A DNA stretch of 64,000 nucleotides, taken from positions 23,350-87,349 of the forward strand of contig SYDY01000026.1 in NCBI GenBank assembly GCA_005801425.1, given 5' to 3'. The notes beneath the pieces were generated by a model, which was given only the letters and a program-made list of their open reading frames with translations, had not been told where the DNA came from and made no database searches. Below are positions 28,022 to 36,685 of the stretch, one piece after another (positions within the stretch are counted from its first letter, which is position 1; each line of letters begins with the position of its first letter). Source of the DNA: Bdellovibrionales bacterium (GTDB lineage Bacteria > Myxococcota > XYA12-FULL-58-9 > SYDY01). The position numbers and the translations under genes were made by a program.

Positions 28022-30331
28022 ATGCATTTAAACAACGAATCAAAGTTTTCACGGCTGGGACGCATACTTTTGAAGCATCCTGCGTGGGTTTGGGTGGGTG
28101 TTATCGCCATATCGTTGGCCTGTGCGCATCAAATTCATCACAAATTGGTGTTGGATTCGAGTCCCGAAGCGTTTGTTCCTGAAAACTCCCCGGCACAGAA
28201 AGCTTTAGAGAAATCACGTGCCATTTTTGGCAACGACGACATTATTTTGGTGATGGCCAAAGGCGATGTCTTTTCGCTTCCGTTTTTGGATGCTTTGAAA
28301 CAGCTTCAAAACAAATTTTCAGATCTCAAACGAAAAGATATTGGTGTTGTCGCCGTAGGCCACAACGAGAAAGTTTTTGAAGAGATCACATCGCTGGTGA
28401 ATGTGCTGGGGCCTTCTGAAGAGCCTATGCAAGCCTTCAAAGTGCGCGTGCTTGCCAACAGCATGTTGGTGGACAATGTGGTGAGCGCCGATGGACATTT
28501 TGCTGCCATGGCATTGCGTATTCCATCTCTATCGCCTACGGACGGTCAGCTTCTTGCTGATGCCGTCAGCGATATTGCGAAAAAGACAACTCGCGACGAT
28601 TTTTCTCTGACGGTTGCAGGCATGCCTATTCTGAATGCCAATCTGAATACGATGATCAATATTGATCTGCGTAAAATGCTGTCGCTTGCCGGTCTTTTGA
28701 TGGTTGGATTTTTGGTCGCCATGCTGCGTGAGATCCGATCGGTGATGGGCTCTTTTATCGTCGTTGGTTTATCTGCACTGTGGACATTCGGTTTTATGGC
28801 GTTTGCAGGATATCCCGTCACGTTGATGTCCAACATGCTGCCTGCATTTCTTACATGTGTGAGTATCGGCAATTCGGTGCATTTGGTGAGTATCTTTCAG
28901 GATCGACGTCGCAAGGGCGCGAGTGATCAGGATGCCATCTGCATGGCGCTTGGCAGTGCGGGCGAGCCGATTGTGTACACAAGTTTGACCACCATGGTGG
29001 GCCTGCTGTCTTTGCGAACGTCGAGCATGGAAGCGATTTCACAAATGGGAACCGCAGGCGCGGTGGGTGCAGGTATTTCGGCTTTGCTTGCATTTCTCGT
29101 GTTGCCGATTGCATTGCGCAATGTTCACATCAATACCACCCCAGAAGATCACAGAGGTAGGGTTGACCGCAGTTTGATGGCGGCACTTGATCTCAGCTTC
29201 ACGAAGCGAGGCCGTGCAGGTGTTCTCATCGGTGCGCTGATTATCGCCATTGTCTCGGTGATAGGGATGCGTCGTTTGGAATTGTATCACGACCCACTCA
29301 GTTGGATGCCCAAGGGCAATCCATTGCGTGAAGCGTTTATGGAAATCGACACGCATATGGGGGGTGTGGCCCAAATGACGATGCTAGTAGAAACCAAAAC
29401 AGATCAAGGATTGAACGACCCCGAATTGCTCAAAGCGCTGTCTGCGATGAGTGCAGAGATTGCGGCATATGTGTATCCCAAAGATGGACAATCGCTTGTA
29501 ACCCATCAAGGGGGATTTCTTGCACTCGTCGAATCGACCTATCATACGATGATGCCTGGCGCAGATGTGAATGTGTTGTTCGACAATCCACAAATGCTTA
29601 CGCCTGTTCTTGGTGGTTTAAAAGCCTCGAACGATCCGATGCTTCGCCGTTATATCACAGAGGATTTTAAAACAGCGCAATTGCAGTTCCGTATTCGTTG
29701 GCGTGATGCAAGTGCCTACGAGGCATTCTCCAAACATACCCAAGCGGCCATCGATAAACATATTGGGTCGCGCGCTACCATCTCACCGACAGGTGTGGTG
29801 TATACACTTGCCAGCAGTATTGCGGTGTTGATCGGAAATTTGGTGTCATCGTTTGGCATAGCACTTGTGATGATTACAGCGCTGCTCATGATGGCTCTTC
29901 GCAGTGTACGTTGGGGGCTTGTTGCGATGATCCCCAATCTTTTACCCATTATGATGGTGCTCGGCATGATGGGTTTTTTGGGTATTCCTATTGATATGAT
30001 GAATTTGCTCATCGCATCGATTGCCATCGGTATTGCCGTGGATGACACCATCCATTTTGTGCATCATGTGCGTGTGGGCATAGCCGCCGGCAATACACTC
30101 GAACATGCCTTGCATCAGTCCATGCATGATTCAGGGCGCGCCATTGTAGCAGCCAGTGTGGTGCTTATCGCAGGGTTTGGCATTTACACGGCTTCCTCCA
30201 TGACCAATCTTCAACGGTTTGGACTGTTGGTCGCGTGCACTATCTTTTTTGCGCTGATCGCCGATCTTGTTTTGTCACCGGCTGTTCTGCGCTTTTTCTT
30301 TTTGGATAAAAAGGTGCCAGTGAAAAAGTAA
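28022..30331 (+). CDS. MMPL/RND-superfamily transporter
   Basis: Two repeats of TM + periplasmic domain + 5 TM; TSLTTMVG and IGIAVDDTIH. Confidence 0.9.
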   Translation: MHLNNESKFSRLGRILLKHPAWVWVGVIAISLACAHQIHHKLVLDSSPEAFVPENSPAQKALEKSRAIFGNDDIILVMAKGDVFSLPFLDALKQLQNKFSDLKRKDIGVVAVGHNEKVFEEITSLVNVLGPSEEPMQAFKVRVLANSMLVDNVVSADGHFAAMALRIPSLSPTDGQLLADAVSDIAKKTTRDDFSLTVAGMPILNANLNTMINIDLRKMLSLAGLLMVGFLVAMLREIRSVMGSFIVVGLSALWTFGFMAFAGYPVTLMSNMLPAFLTCVSIGNSVHLVSIFQDRRRKGASDQDAICMALGSAGEPIVYTSLTTMVGLLSLRTSSMEAISQMGTAGAVGAGISALLAFLVLPIALRNVHINTTPEDHRGRVDRSLMAALDLSFTKRGRAGVLIGALIIAIVSVIGMRRLELYHDPLSWMPKGNPLREAFMEIDTHMGGVAQMTMLVETKTDQGLNDPELLKALSAMSAEIAAYVYPKDGQSLVTHQGGFLALVESTYHTMMPGADVNVLFDNPQMLTPVLGGLKASNDPMLRRYITEDFKTAQLQFRIRWRDASAYEAFSKHTQAAIDKHIGSRATISPTGVVYTLASSIAVLIGNLVSSFGIALVMITALLMMALRSVRWGLVAMIPNLLPIMMVLGMMGFLGIPIDMMNLLIASIAIGIAVDDTIHFVHHVRVGIAAGNTLEHALHQSMHDSGRAIVAASVVLIAGFGIYTASSMTNLQRFGLLVACTIFFALIADLVLSPAVLRFFFLDKKVPVKK

Positions 30332-30389
30332 TCGACAAGCGCATTTATATATTTCCATGCTACAATTGATTGAACTGTGGGGGTGTAAG

Positions 30390-32027
30390 ATGCAATCATC
30401 CATACGTTCAGGGCTCTTTCTTTTTCTTTTGTGTGCATGTGGTGATGTGGGTGTTCATCGCGATCGGCAGGAGGAGTTTGAACAGGCCTCCTCCGAATCA
30501 CTTGCATCCGCGGTGGTCATCGACGATTTTTCGACCCCATTTTCAGTCTTGCATCCAGTGCTTCCTGGAAATGTCGGGGTGCATTACGACACATCTCCTC
30601 CTCTTCAATTGTCGGTGTTTGATCTCGCACCTGCAGGAAGCATCGGTACACGCTATGCCGCGGTGGATGTTGCTCGTGGCGCACAAGATTCGCAGATAAG
30701 TGTTGTTACACATCTGGCATTTAGCAATGGACCCGATCCTACGGGTTCTGGCTTTGTGGTTGAGTATCGAAAATTCGGTGCAATTGCTGGCGCACCTACA
30801 GGATTTGTACGTTTTGATGTCGTGGGGAGCGATATCTATTGGAGACGCGCCGAGGATGGAATTCCTGTGCGTATTGCTCTTAATGGGGTGACCCGTTCGG
30901 TTTCTGTTGCACCTACGGGCACTTATAGTATCCCACTGAGCAGTTTTACGGGGGTTGATTTGTCACGTATCACGGCCATAGGCTTTTCTTCGACAGCTCA
31001 ATTTTCTGGTGTGGATATCGCATTCGACAATCTGACCATCGATGGCGCGTTCTCCACGTGTTTGATGTCGCAGAGCCGTATTGTCGTGGATGATTTTTCT
31101 TCTGCATTTTCTGTAGCTCATCCCCAATACCCAGGCGTTCTTGGTGTCGATCGCCAAAATCCAGATCTGACAGAGCCGCTTCCCATCGCATCCTATGATG
31201 TGAATCCCGCCGCTGTGCTGGGCAATCGTCACGCATCGATTGAGGTGGACAATACTTTGAATGACTCAAGATTTCAGAGTGTTAAGGAGCTTTACTTTGA
31301 AAATGGTGCGGGTCTTGGGGCTTCACGTTTTGTCCTTACGTACGATGGCTTTCCACCCAAGGCATTTCCAAAAAATGGGGTATTCCATTTTAATTTGGTC
31401 GATAGTGATCTTGATAATCGAGGATTGGGATTTTCATTGCCAGCCGATATTACATTGAACGGTGTGACTCGAACAATTCAAATTTCTAAACCAGGTGTTT
31501 ATGAGATCCCGTTGAGTCGTTTTGTTGGTGTTAATTTAAAACGCGTGAGGTCGATCGCTTTTACGTTTGCGCAGCCCCAAAATGCACCCGGTGTTGACGT
31601 CGTTTTTGATAATTTTCGAATTCTTGCAACGAAGGTAGGGACGTGTGGACCGCCACCTCCGGCCCCTTTGACCGTGAGCTTGCTGTCTGATGCAATGTCC
31701 GTTGTTGAAGGCAATGATGATGATGTGGTTCGTGCTGTTATTACGGTTGTTTTAAATCGTCCAAGCGATAGTGAAGTGACTGTCGATTACGTAACAGAAG
31801 GCGACACAGCCTTGCCATCCTTGGATTATATTTCACCAGCAAGCCAAACCATTTCGGGAACACTTGTTTTTGCTCCCGGAGAAACCGTGAAAACCTATAC
31901 GGTCAATATTGTTTCTGACACCGACCCCGAAGACGATGAAACATTTTTTGTTTTGTTATCCAATCCCGTGAATGCAGAGCTTGGCATTGCATCGGAAGTT
32001 GTGACGATCGTGAATGATGATCTTTAG
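30390..32027 (+). CDS. Lipoprotein, paralogue 1: two tandem beta-sandwich repeats plus C-terminal Calx-beta domain
   Basis: LCAC lipobox; two DDFS...FDN repeats; VVEG...VTVDY.T.G.TA...DY...GTLVFAPGETVKT...D...E.DETF is a Calx-beta signature. Confidence 0.8.
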   Translation: MQSSIRSGLFLFLLCACGDVGVHRDRQEEFEQASSESLASAVVIDDFSTPFSVLHPVLPGNVGVHYDTSPPLQLSVFDLAPAGSIGTRYAAVDVARGAQDSQISVVTHLAFSNGPDPTGSGFVVEYRKFGAIAGAPTGFVRFDVVGSDIYWRRAEDGIPVRIALNGVTRSVSVAPTGTYSIPLSSFTGVDLSRITAIGFSSTAQFSGVDIAFDNLTIDGAFSTCLMSQSRIVVDDFSSAFSVAHPQYPGVLGVDRQNPDLTEPLPIASYDVNPAAVLGNRHASIEVDNTLNDSRFQSVKELYFENGAGLGASRFVLTYDGFPPKAFPKNGVFHFNLVDSDLDNRGLGFSLPADITLNGVTRTIQISKPGVYEIPLSRFVGVNLKRVRSIAFTFAQPQNAPGVDVVFDNFRILATKVGTCGPPPPAPLTVSLLSDAMSVVEGNDDDVVRAVITVVLNRPSDSEVTVDYVTEGDTALPSLDYISPASQTISGTLVFAPGETVKTYTVNIVSDTDPEDDETFFVLLSNPVNAELGIASEVVTIVNDDL

Positions 32028-32039
32028 GTTTTCTATATT

Positions 32040-32245
32040 CGTCATCCCCGCCTTCCTAAGAAACTTGAATTAAGCAGGTGTTCTCTTGTAGGGGCGGTTC
32101 GTGAACCGCCCTGCGGCGCTTGTAATATGCAAACAAGGCGGTTCGCGAACCGCCCCTACATAAAAAATAAGTAGAATCGTAGCGCCACAAGTTTCTCAAC
32201 TGCCGGGTAGCCCCAAAGGGCTGTCTGGAGTTCGCGGGGATGACG
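32040..32245. repeat. Composite palindromic element: CGTC inverted ends enclosing a GTAG REPIN (32088..32159)
   Basis: CGTCATCCCCGC ... GCGGGGATGACG outer inverted repeat; AGAAACTTG ... CAAGTTTCT middle inverted repeat; GTAG doublet inside. Confidence 0.85.
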
Positions 32246-32301
32246 TCTTGAGATAAGCAGAAAGACAGGCGCCCGTAGCAATGGCATGATACCTTTTATC
32301 T

Positions 32302-33936
32302 ATGAGAAAATATCACGTGATAACAAGAAGTCGTGTTGTCAGTGCGCTTTTTCTTTGGCTTTTAGGCGGTTGCGGGGCTGACGTTGAAAGCGACGATTTG
32401 CATGCGCAAACATCGTCGGAGGCGCTTGTTTCGTTGGCTGTCATCGACAATTTTTCGTCCCCATTTTCTGCAGTCCATCCGAGATATCCTGGAAAAATAG
32501 GGGTTTATATCGAGGAGCAATCTCCGCCATTGCCGTTAAATGCGTTTGATGCCGCACCCGCAGGAAGCCTTGGCACCCGCTACGCGATGATGGATGTGGG
32601 ACCCAACATACACGATACCTCACTGGCTGTTTATGGACGGTTGAGTTTTAGCAATGGGTCCTATCGGGAACAGTCTGCCTTTGTGGTTGCATATCGTAAA
32701 TTGGATGTCATTGGGGAACCCACAGGCTCTGTTCGTTTTGATGTTGTGAATAGTGATATTGGTGCACTCCCCGCCGACAGACGCCTTGTGAGCATTGCCC
32801 TCAATGGGATCACAAAGACCGTGAAGGTCGGGCCACCGGGATCATACAGCATTCTACTTAGCAGTTTTCCCGGGCTTGATGTGTCGCACATTACATCCGT
32901 AGATTTTGGTTTTTCGACAGGCATGTCGGTAGGTCTTGATATTTCATTTGATAATTTAGCGATTGATGGTGCGGCTTCCACATGCTCGGTGTCGATCGTC
33001 AGCACCCGTGTCGATGATTTTTCGTCGCCGTTTTCTGCAACCCATCCCCAGTATCCTGGCGTGCTTGGTGTCGACAGTTGGAATCCAAAGCTTACACAGC
33101 AGCTCCCTCAAATCTCATTGGATCTTTGGCCTACAGGTGCAATAGGTGTTCGGCATACATTCATGGTGGTAGACCGTGTTTTGTATGATTCACGACTTAT
33201 TAGTGGGGGGCTTCTTTTTTTCAACAACGGTCCAGAGTATGGGGCTTCGCGCTTTACCATTGCATACAATGCTTTTTCACCGATGGCATTGCCTGTTGAT
33301 AGCGTTTTTCATTTCGATTTGGTCCACAGTGACATCGCTTCGTCAGTACCCGTACAGCTGAAAGTGAATGGCGTGGTTCGTACCATCATGGTTTCCAAAC
33401 CAGGTCCCTATGAAATCCCCTTGCGACTATTCAAAAGCGTTAATTTGAAACACGCAACATCGTTTGATTTTTCTTTCGAACAACCCCTTGGAATGTCGGG
33501 TCTTGATGTTGCTTTTGATAATTTTCGTATTGATTCGACCTTGGCTGAGGATTGTGTGGATCCGCCGGAACCGCCTCTTACCGTGAGTTTGCTTTCTGCG
33601 ACCATGTCAATTGTTGAAGGCAATGAGGATGACATCGTGCGCGCTGTCATCACGGTTTTTTTGAATCGTCCAAGCGACGATGAAGTCACCGTGAATTACG
33701 CGACAGTGGGCGACACCGCTTTGCCATCCTTGGACTATACTTCACCCTCAAGCCAAACCATTTCGGGAACACTTGTTTTTGCTCCCGGAGAAACCGTGAA
33801 AACCTATACGATCAATATTATTTCCGATACCGACCCTGAAGATGATGAAACATTTTTTGTTTTGTTATCGAATCCTGTGAATGCACAGCTTGGCATCGCA
33901 TCCGAGGTGGTGACGATCGTGAATGATGATTTTTAG
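32302..33936 (+). CDS. Lipoprotein, paralogue 2 (tandem beta-sandwich + Calx-beta)
   Basis: LGGC lipobox; colinear with paralogue 1. Confidence 0.8.
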   Translation: MRKYHVITRSRVVSALFLWLLGGCGADVESDDLHAQTSSEALVSLAVIDNFSSPFSAVHPRYPGKIGVYIEEQSPPLPLNAFDAAPAGSLGTRYAMMDVGPNIHDTSLAVYGRLSFSNGSYREQSAFVVAYRKLDVIGEPTGSVRFDVVNSDIGALPADRRLVSIALNGITKTVKVGPPGSYSILLSSFPGLDVSHITSVDFGFSTGMSVGLDISFDNLAIDGAASTCSVSIVSTRVDDFSSPFSATHPQYPGVLGVDSWNPKLTQQLPQISLDLWPTGAIGVRHTFMVVDRVLYDSRLISGGLLFFNNGPEYGASRFTIAYNAFSPMALPVDSVFHFDLVHSDIASSVPVQLKVNGVVRTIMVSKPGPYEIPLRLFKSVNLKHATSFDFSFEQPLGMSGLDVAFDNFRIDSTLAEDCVDPPEPPLTVSLLSATMSIVEGNEDDIVRAVITVFLNRPSDDEVTVNYATVGDTALPSLDYTSPSSQTISGTLVFAPGETVKTYTINIISDTDPEDDETFFVLLSNPVNAQLGIASEVVTIVNDDF

Positions 33937-34006
33937 GATTTCATTCGACGCTCAGATTTTCGATAAATAAATGTATCCACCCTTGATGCTATGCTAGACT
34001 TTTTTT

Positions 34007-35638
34007 ATGAAAATGCATTGTCGTATAGCGAAGCGTTATGTCGGTGGTGTCTTTTTTCTCTGGATTTTGGGCGCTTGTGGAAGTTTGCAAATAAGTGACG
34101 ATTTGCCTGCACAGACATCGTCTGATGCGCTTGTTTCCAGCGTTGTCATCGACAATTTCTCCTCTTGGTTCTCCGCAGTGCATCCAAGATATCCATCCAT
34201 GATAGGTGTTTATGGTGGGGAATCCCTTCCACTGCCATTGTCTGCATTTGATTCTGCAGCGGCAGGGAGTCTTGGCACCCGTTATGCGACCATGGATGTG
34301 GGGCCCAATCTATGCGAGACCTCATTGTACGTTTACGACAGCTTGGTTTTTAAGAATGGACACTATCGTGAGCAATCCGCCTTTGTGATCGAATACCGTA
34401 AATTCGGTGTGATCGCGGGGGATCCCACAGGCTCCATTCGTTTTGATGTGGTGACCAGCAATATTGCGAATGCACCTTCTGCACGGCTTCCTGTCAGCGT
34501 GACGCTTGATGGGATCACCCGTAGCGTGAATGTTGGCCCTGCAGGATCATACACCATTCCACTCAGCAGTTTTACGGGACTTGATATCGCACGCATTACA
34601 GCCGTCGGCTTTCGTTTTGCCACAGGTTCGACCATTGGCATTAACATTTCATTTGATAATTTAGCGATTGATGGCCAGGTTTCCCCATGTCCTGTGTCAA
34701 TCGCCAGCACGCGTGTGGATGATTTTTCATCATCATTTTCTGATCCGCATCCCCAATACCCAGGCGTGGTGGGTATCGATCGTCAAAACCGTCTTCTGAC
34801 ACAGCCGCTTCCCTTGTCGTCATTTGATGTGGCGCCTGCAGGTGCAATGGGCAATCGGTATACCTCGATGCAGATAGACAGTGCTTTACCGGCATCAACA
34901 CTGAAGAGTGGTTCGTCGCTTTTGTTCAATAACGGTTCGGGTGCTGGCGTTTCACGCTTTACACTCAGCTACAATGGATTTTCACCACTGGCATTGCCTG
35001 CGACAGGGGTTTTTCATTTTGATTTGGTGAGCAGTGATCTGAGTTCATGGCACGTGCCAGCACGGCTGACCGTGAATGGTGTGACACGAATTATTATTAT
35101 TTCCAAACCAGGTCCCTATGAAATTCCATTAAATACATTCAAAGGCGTTAATTTGGCGAACGTGACCTCGTTTGCCTTTTCTTTCGCACAACCACGCGAG
35201 ATCGTTGATCTTGATATTGTGTTCGATAATTTACGCATTGACTCAACACAGGCAGAGGATTGCGGGGGAGAGCAGCCTCTTATCGTGAGTTTGCTTTCAG
35301 CGAGCATGTCGATTGTTGAAGGCAACGAGGATGATATTGTTCGTGCGGTCATCACGGTTTTTTTGAATCGTCCAAGCGACGATGAAGTGACTGTCGATTA
35401 CGCGACCGTGGGCGATACAGCCTTGCCATCGCTCGATTATTTTTCACCGGCAAGCCAAACCATTTCGGGGACCCTTGTTTTTGCTCCTGGAGAAACCGTG
35501 AAAACCTACACGATCAATATTGTTTCCGAGAACGATCCAGAAGATGATGAAACATTTTTTGTTTTGTTATCAAATCCAGTGAATGCACAACTTGGTATTG
35601 CCTCTGAAGTGGTGACTATTGTGAATGATGATTTTTAA
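34007..35638 (+). CDS. Lipoprotein, paralogue 3 (tandem beta-sandwich + Calx-beta)
   Basis: LGAC lipobox; colinear with paralogues 1 and 2. Confidence 0.8.
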   Translation: MKMHCRIAKRYVGGVFFLWILGACGSLQISDDLPAQTSSDALVSSVVIDNFSSWFSAVHPRYPSMIGVYGGESLPLPLSAFDSAAAGSLGTRYATMDVGPNLCETSLYVYDSLVFKNGHYREQSAFVIEYRKFGVIAGDPTGSIRFDVVTSNIANAPSARLPVSVTLDGITRSVNVGPAGSYTIPLSSFTGLDIARITAVGFRFATGSTIGINISFDNLAIDGQVSPCPVSIASTRVDDFSSSFSDPHPQYPGVVGIDRQNRLLTQPLPLSSFDVAPAGAMGNRYTSMQIDSALPASTLKSGSSLLFNNGSGAGVSRFTLSYNGFSPLALPATGVFHFDLVSSDLSSWHVPARLTVNGVTRIIIISKPGPYEIPLNTFKGVNLANVTSFAFSFAQPREIVDLDIVFDNLRIDSTQAEDCGGEQPLIVSLLSASMSIVEGNEDDIVRAVITVFLNRPSDDEVTVDYATVGDTALPSLDYFSPASQTISGTLVFAPGETVKTYTINIVSENDPEDDETFFVLLSNPVNAQLGIASEVVTIVNDDF

Positions 35639-35644
35639 ACCAGT

Positions 35645-36460
35645 TTAGCTTCTCGGTGCATTGTTCCAGCCAAATACATCCATCACTTTTTCTGAACATA
35701 CGGGCAATGCCATTCCTGTAAAGATAAGGCGTGCAAATCGAAATGCACCACCCGTATACAACGCAGGAAGCCCACCGATCGCCGCAATATCGCGTATTGT
35801 ATCGAGGAGACCTTTTTTGGTGACACTTTGCAGTGTCCCCGCAGTATCGAGGGGTTGCGTGATTACGCTTACGGTTGCTCCCGCAATGGCTCCACCGAGA
35901 ATGTCGCGTTGCTGTTTTGTTCCATCGGGTAAAAGATGCTTGGTCGCATGTTCAAACAATTCAGGACTGACCACCAAGGCATAGGGATATTCGCGCATCG
36001 CACGGGTTCGTATGGCGGGCCAATTGTAAGATTTCTTCATTGCATGGGCGAATGTCGACCCATTTTGTTGTAAAATTTGCAGTGTTTCGCTTGTTGCCGA
36101 AAAAAATGTGACCCATGTGCCCGATGTTAATGTTGCGAGGATGCGAGCATTGTTGTGACTTGCCCCAGCGTCGATGGCAGCGTGTTTGGTGTAGTCGTTG
36201 AGGCCTCGTGCGACGCCAATGTAGATGGGACGAAGACACATTTGCTGTACAAGGGTTTTTGAAAACGCTGGCCACAGAGGTTTGACGGGTTCCATAAGTC
36301 CCATTTGCGCTCTGATTTTCATGGATTGCAGATAATGTCCCACGGGGACAAGATCACCCAAGGAGCCAGCACCGCAGGCTATGCCGATTTGAAGCGGTGT
36401 ATGACGGTAGGGTGAGGCTTGCGCAGGCTCTGAACGTGATACAGGATCCATATGGGGCAC
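35645..36460 (-). CDS. Mitochondrial carrier family (SLC25/MCF)-like protein
   Basis: About 270 aa with three repeats; GGAIAGATVSVITQPLDT...GLLDTIRDIAAIGGLPALYTG..FR..R in repeat 3, KIRAQ in repeat 1, REYPY in repeat 2. ATG 36451 is an alternative start. Confidence 0.75.
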   Translation of the reverse strand: MPHMDPVSRSEPAQASPYRHTPLQIGIACGAGSLGDLVPVGHYLQSMKIRAQMGLMEPVKPLWPAFSKTLVQQMCLRPIYIGVARGLNDYTKHAAIDAGASHNNARILATLTSGTWVTFFSATSETLQILQQNGSTFAHAMKKSYNWPAIRTRAMREYPYALVVSPELFEHATKHLLPDGTKQQRDILGGAIAGATVSVITQPLDTAGTLQSVTKKGLLDTIRDIAAIGGLPALYTGGAFRFARLIFTGMALPVCSEKVMDVFGWNNAPRS

Positions 36461-36685
36461 TTACGTGTATTGTGCTTTATTTTCAACTTGTATTTTGTAC
36501 ACTGTTCAATCACTGAACCTAAGGCAACTCCCTGATAGTAAAGCGTCCCATTCCAGGGTTGAGGCGCCTGCATGGCAAGGCGCGAGGCGGAGGTGATATG
36601 TACGATATGCCGAGCGCCGAGTAACACAGCCATGCGGGATGGATCGACACTTGAATGGGACGCTTTACTATCAGGGAGTGCCTAA

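Noticed and set aside
27954-28052. Apparent overlap between the rnhA and MMPL 5' ends
   Set aside because: An artefact of longest-ORF calling; the downstream ATGs (27953/27944 and 28022) remove the overlap.
30390-35638. Paralogue array as diversity-generating retroelement targets
   Set aside because: There is no reverse transcriptase or non-coding template repeat, and the differences are not adenine-specific by eye.
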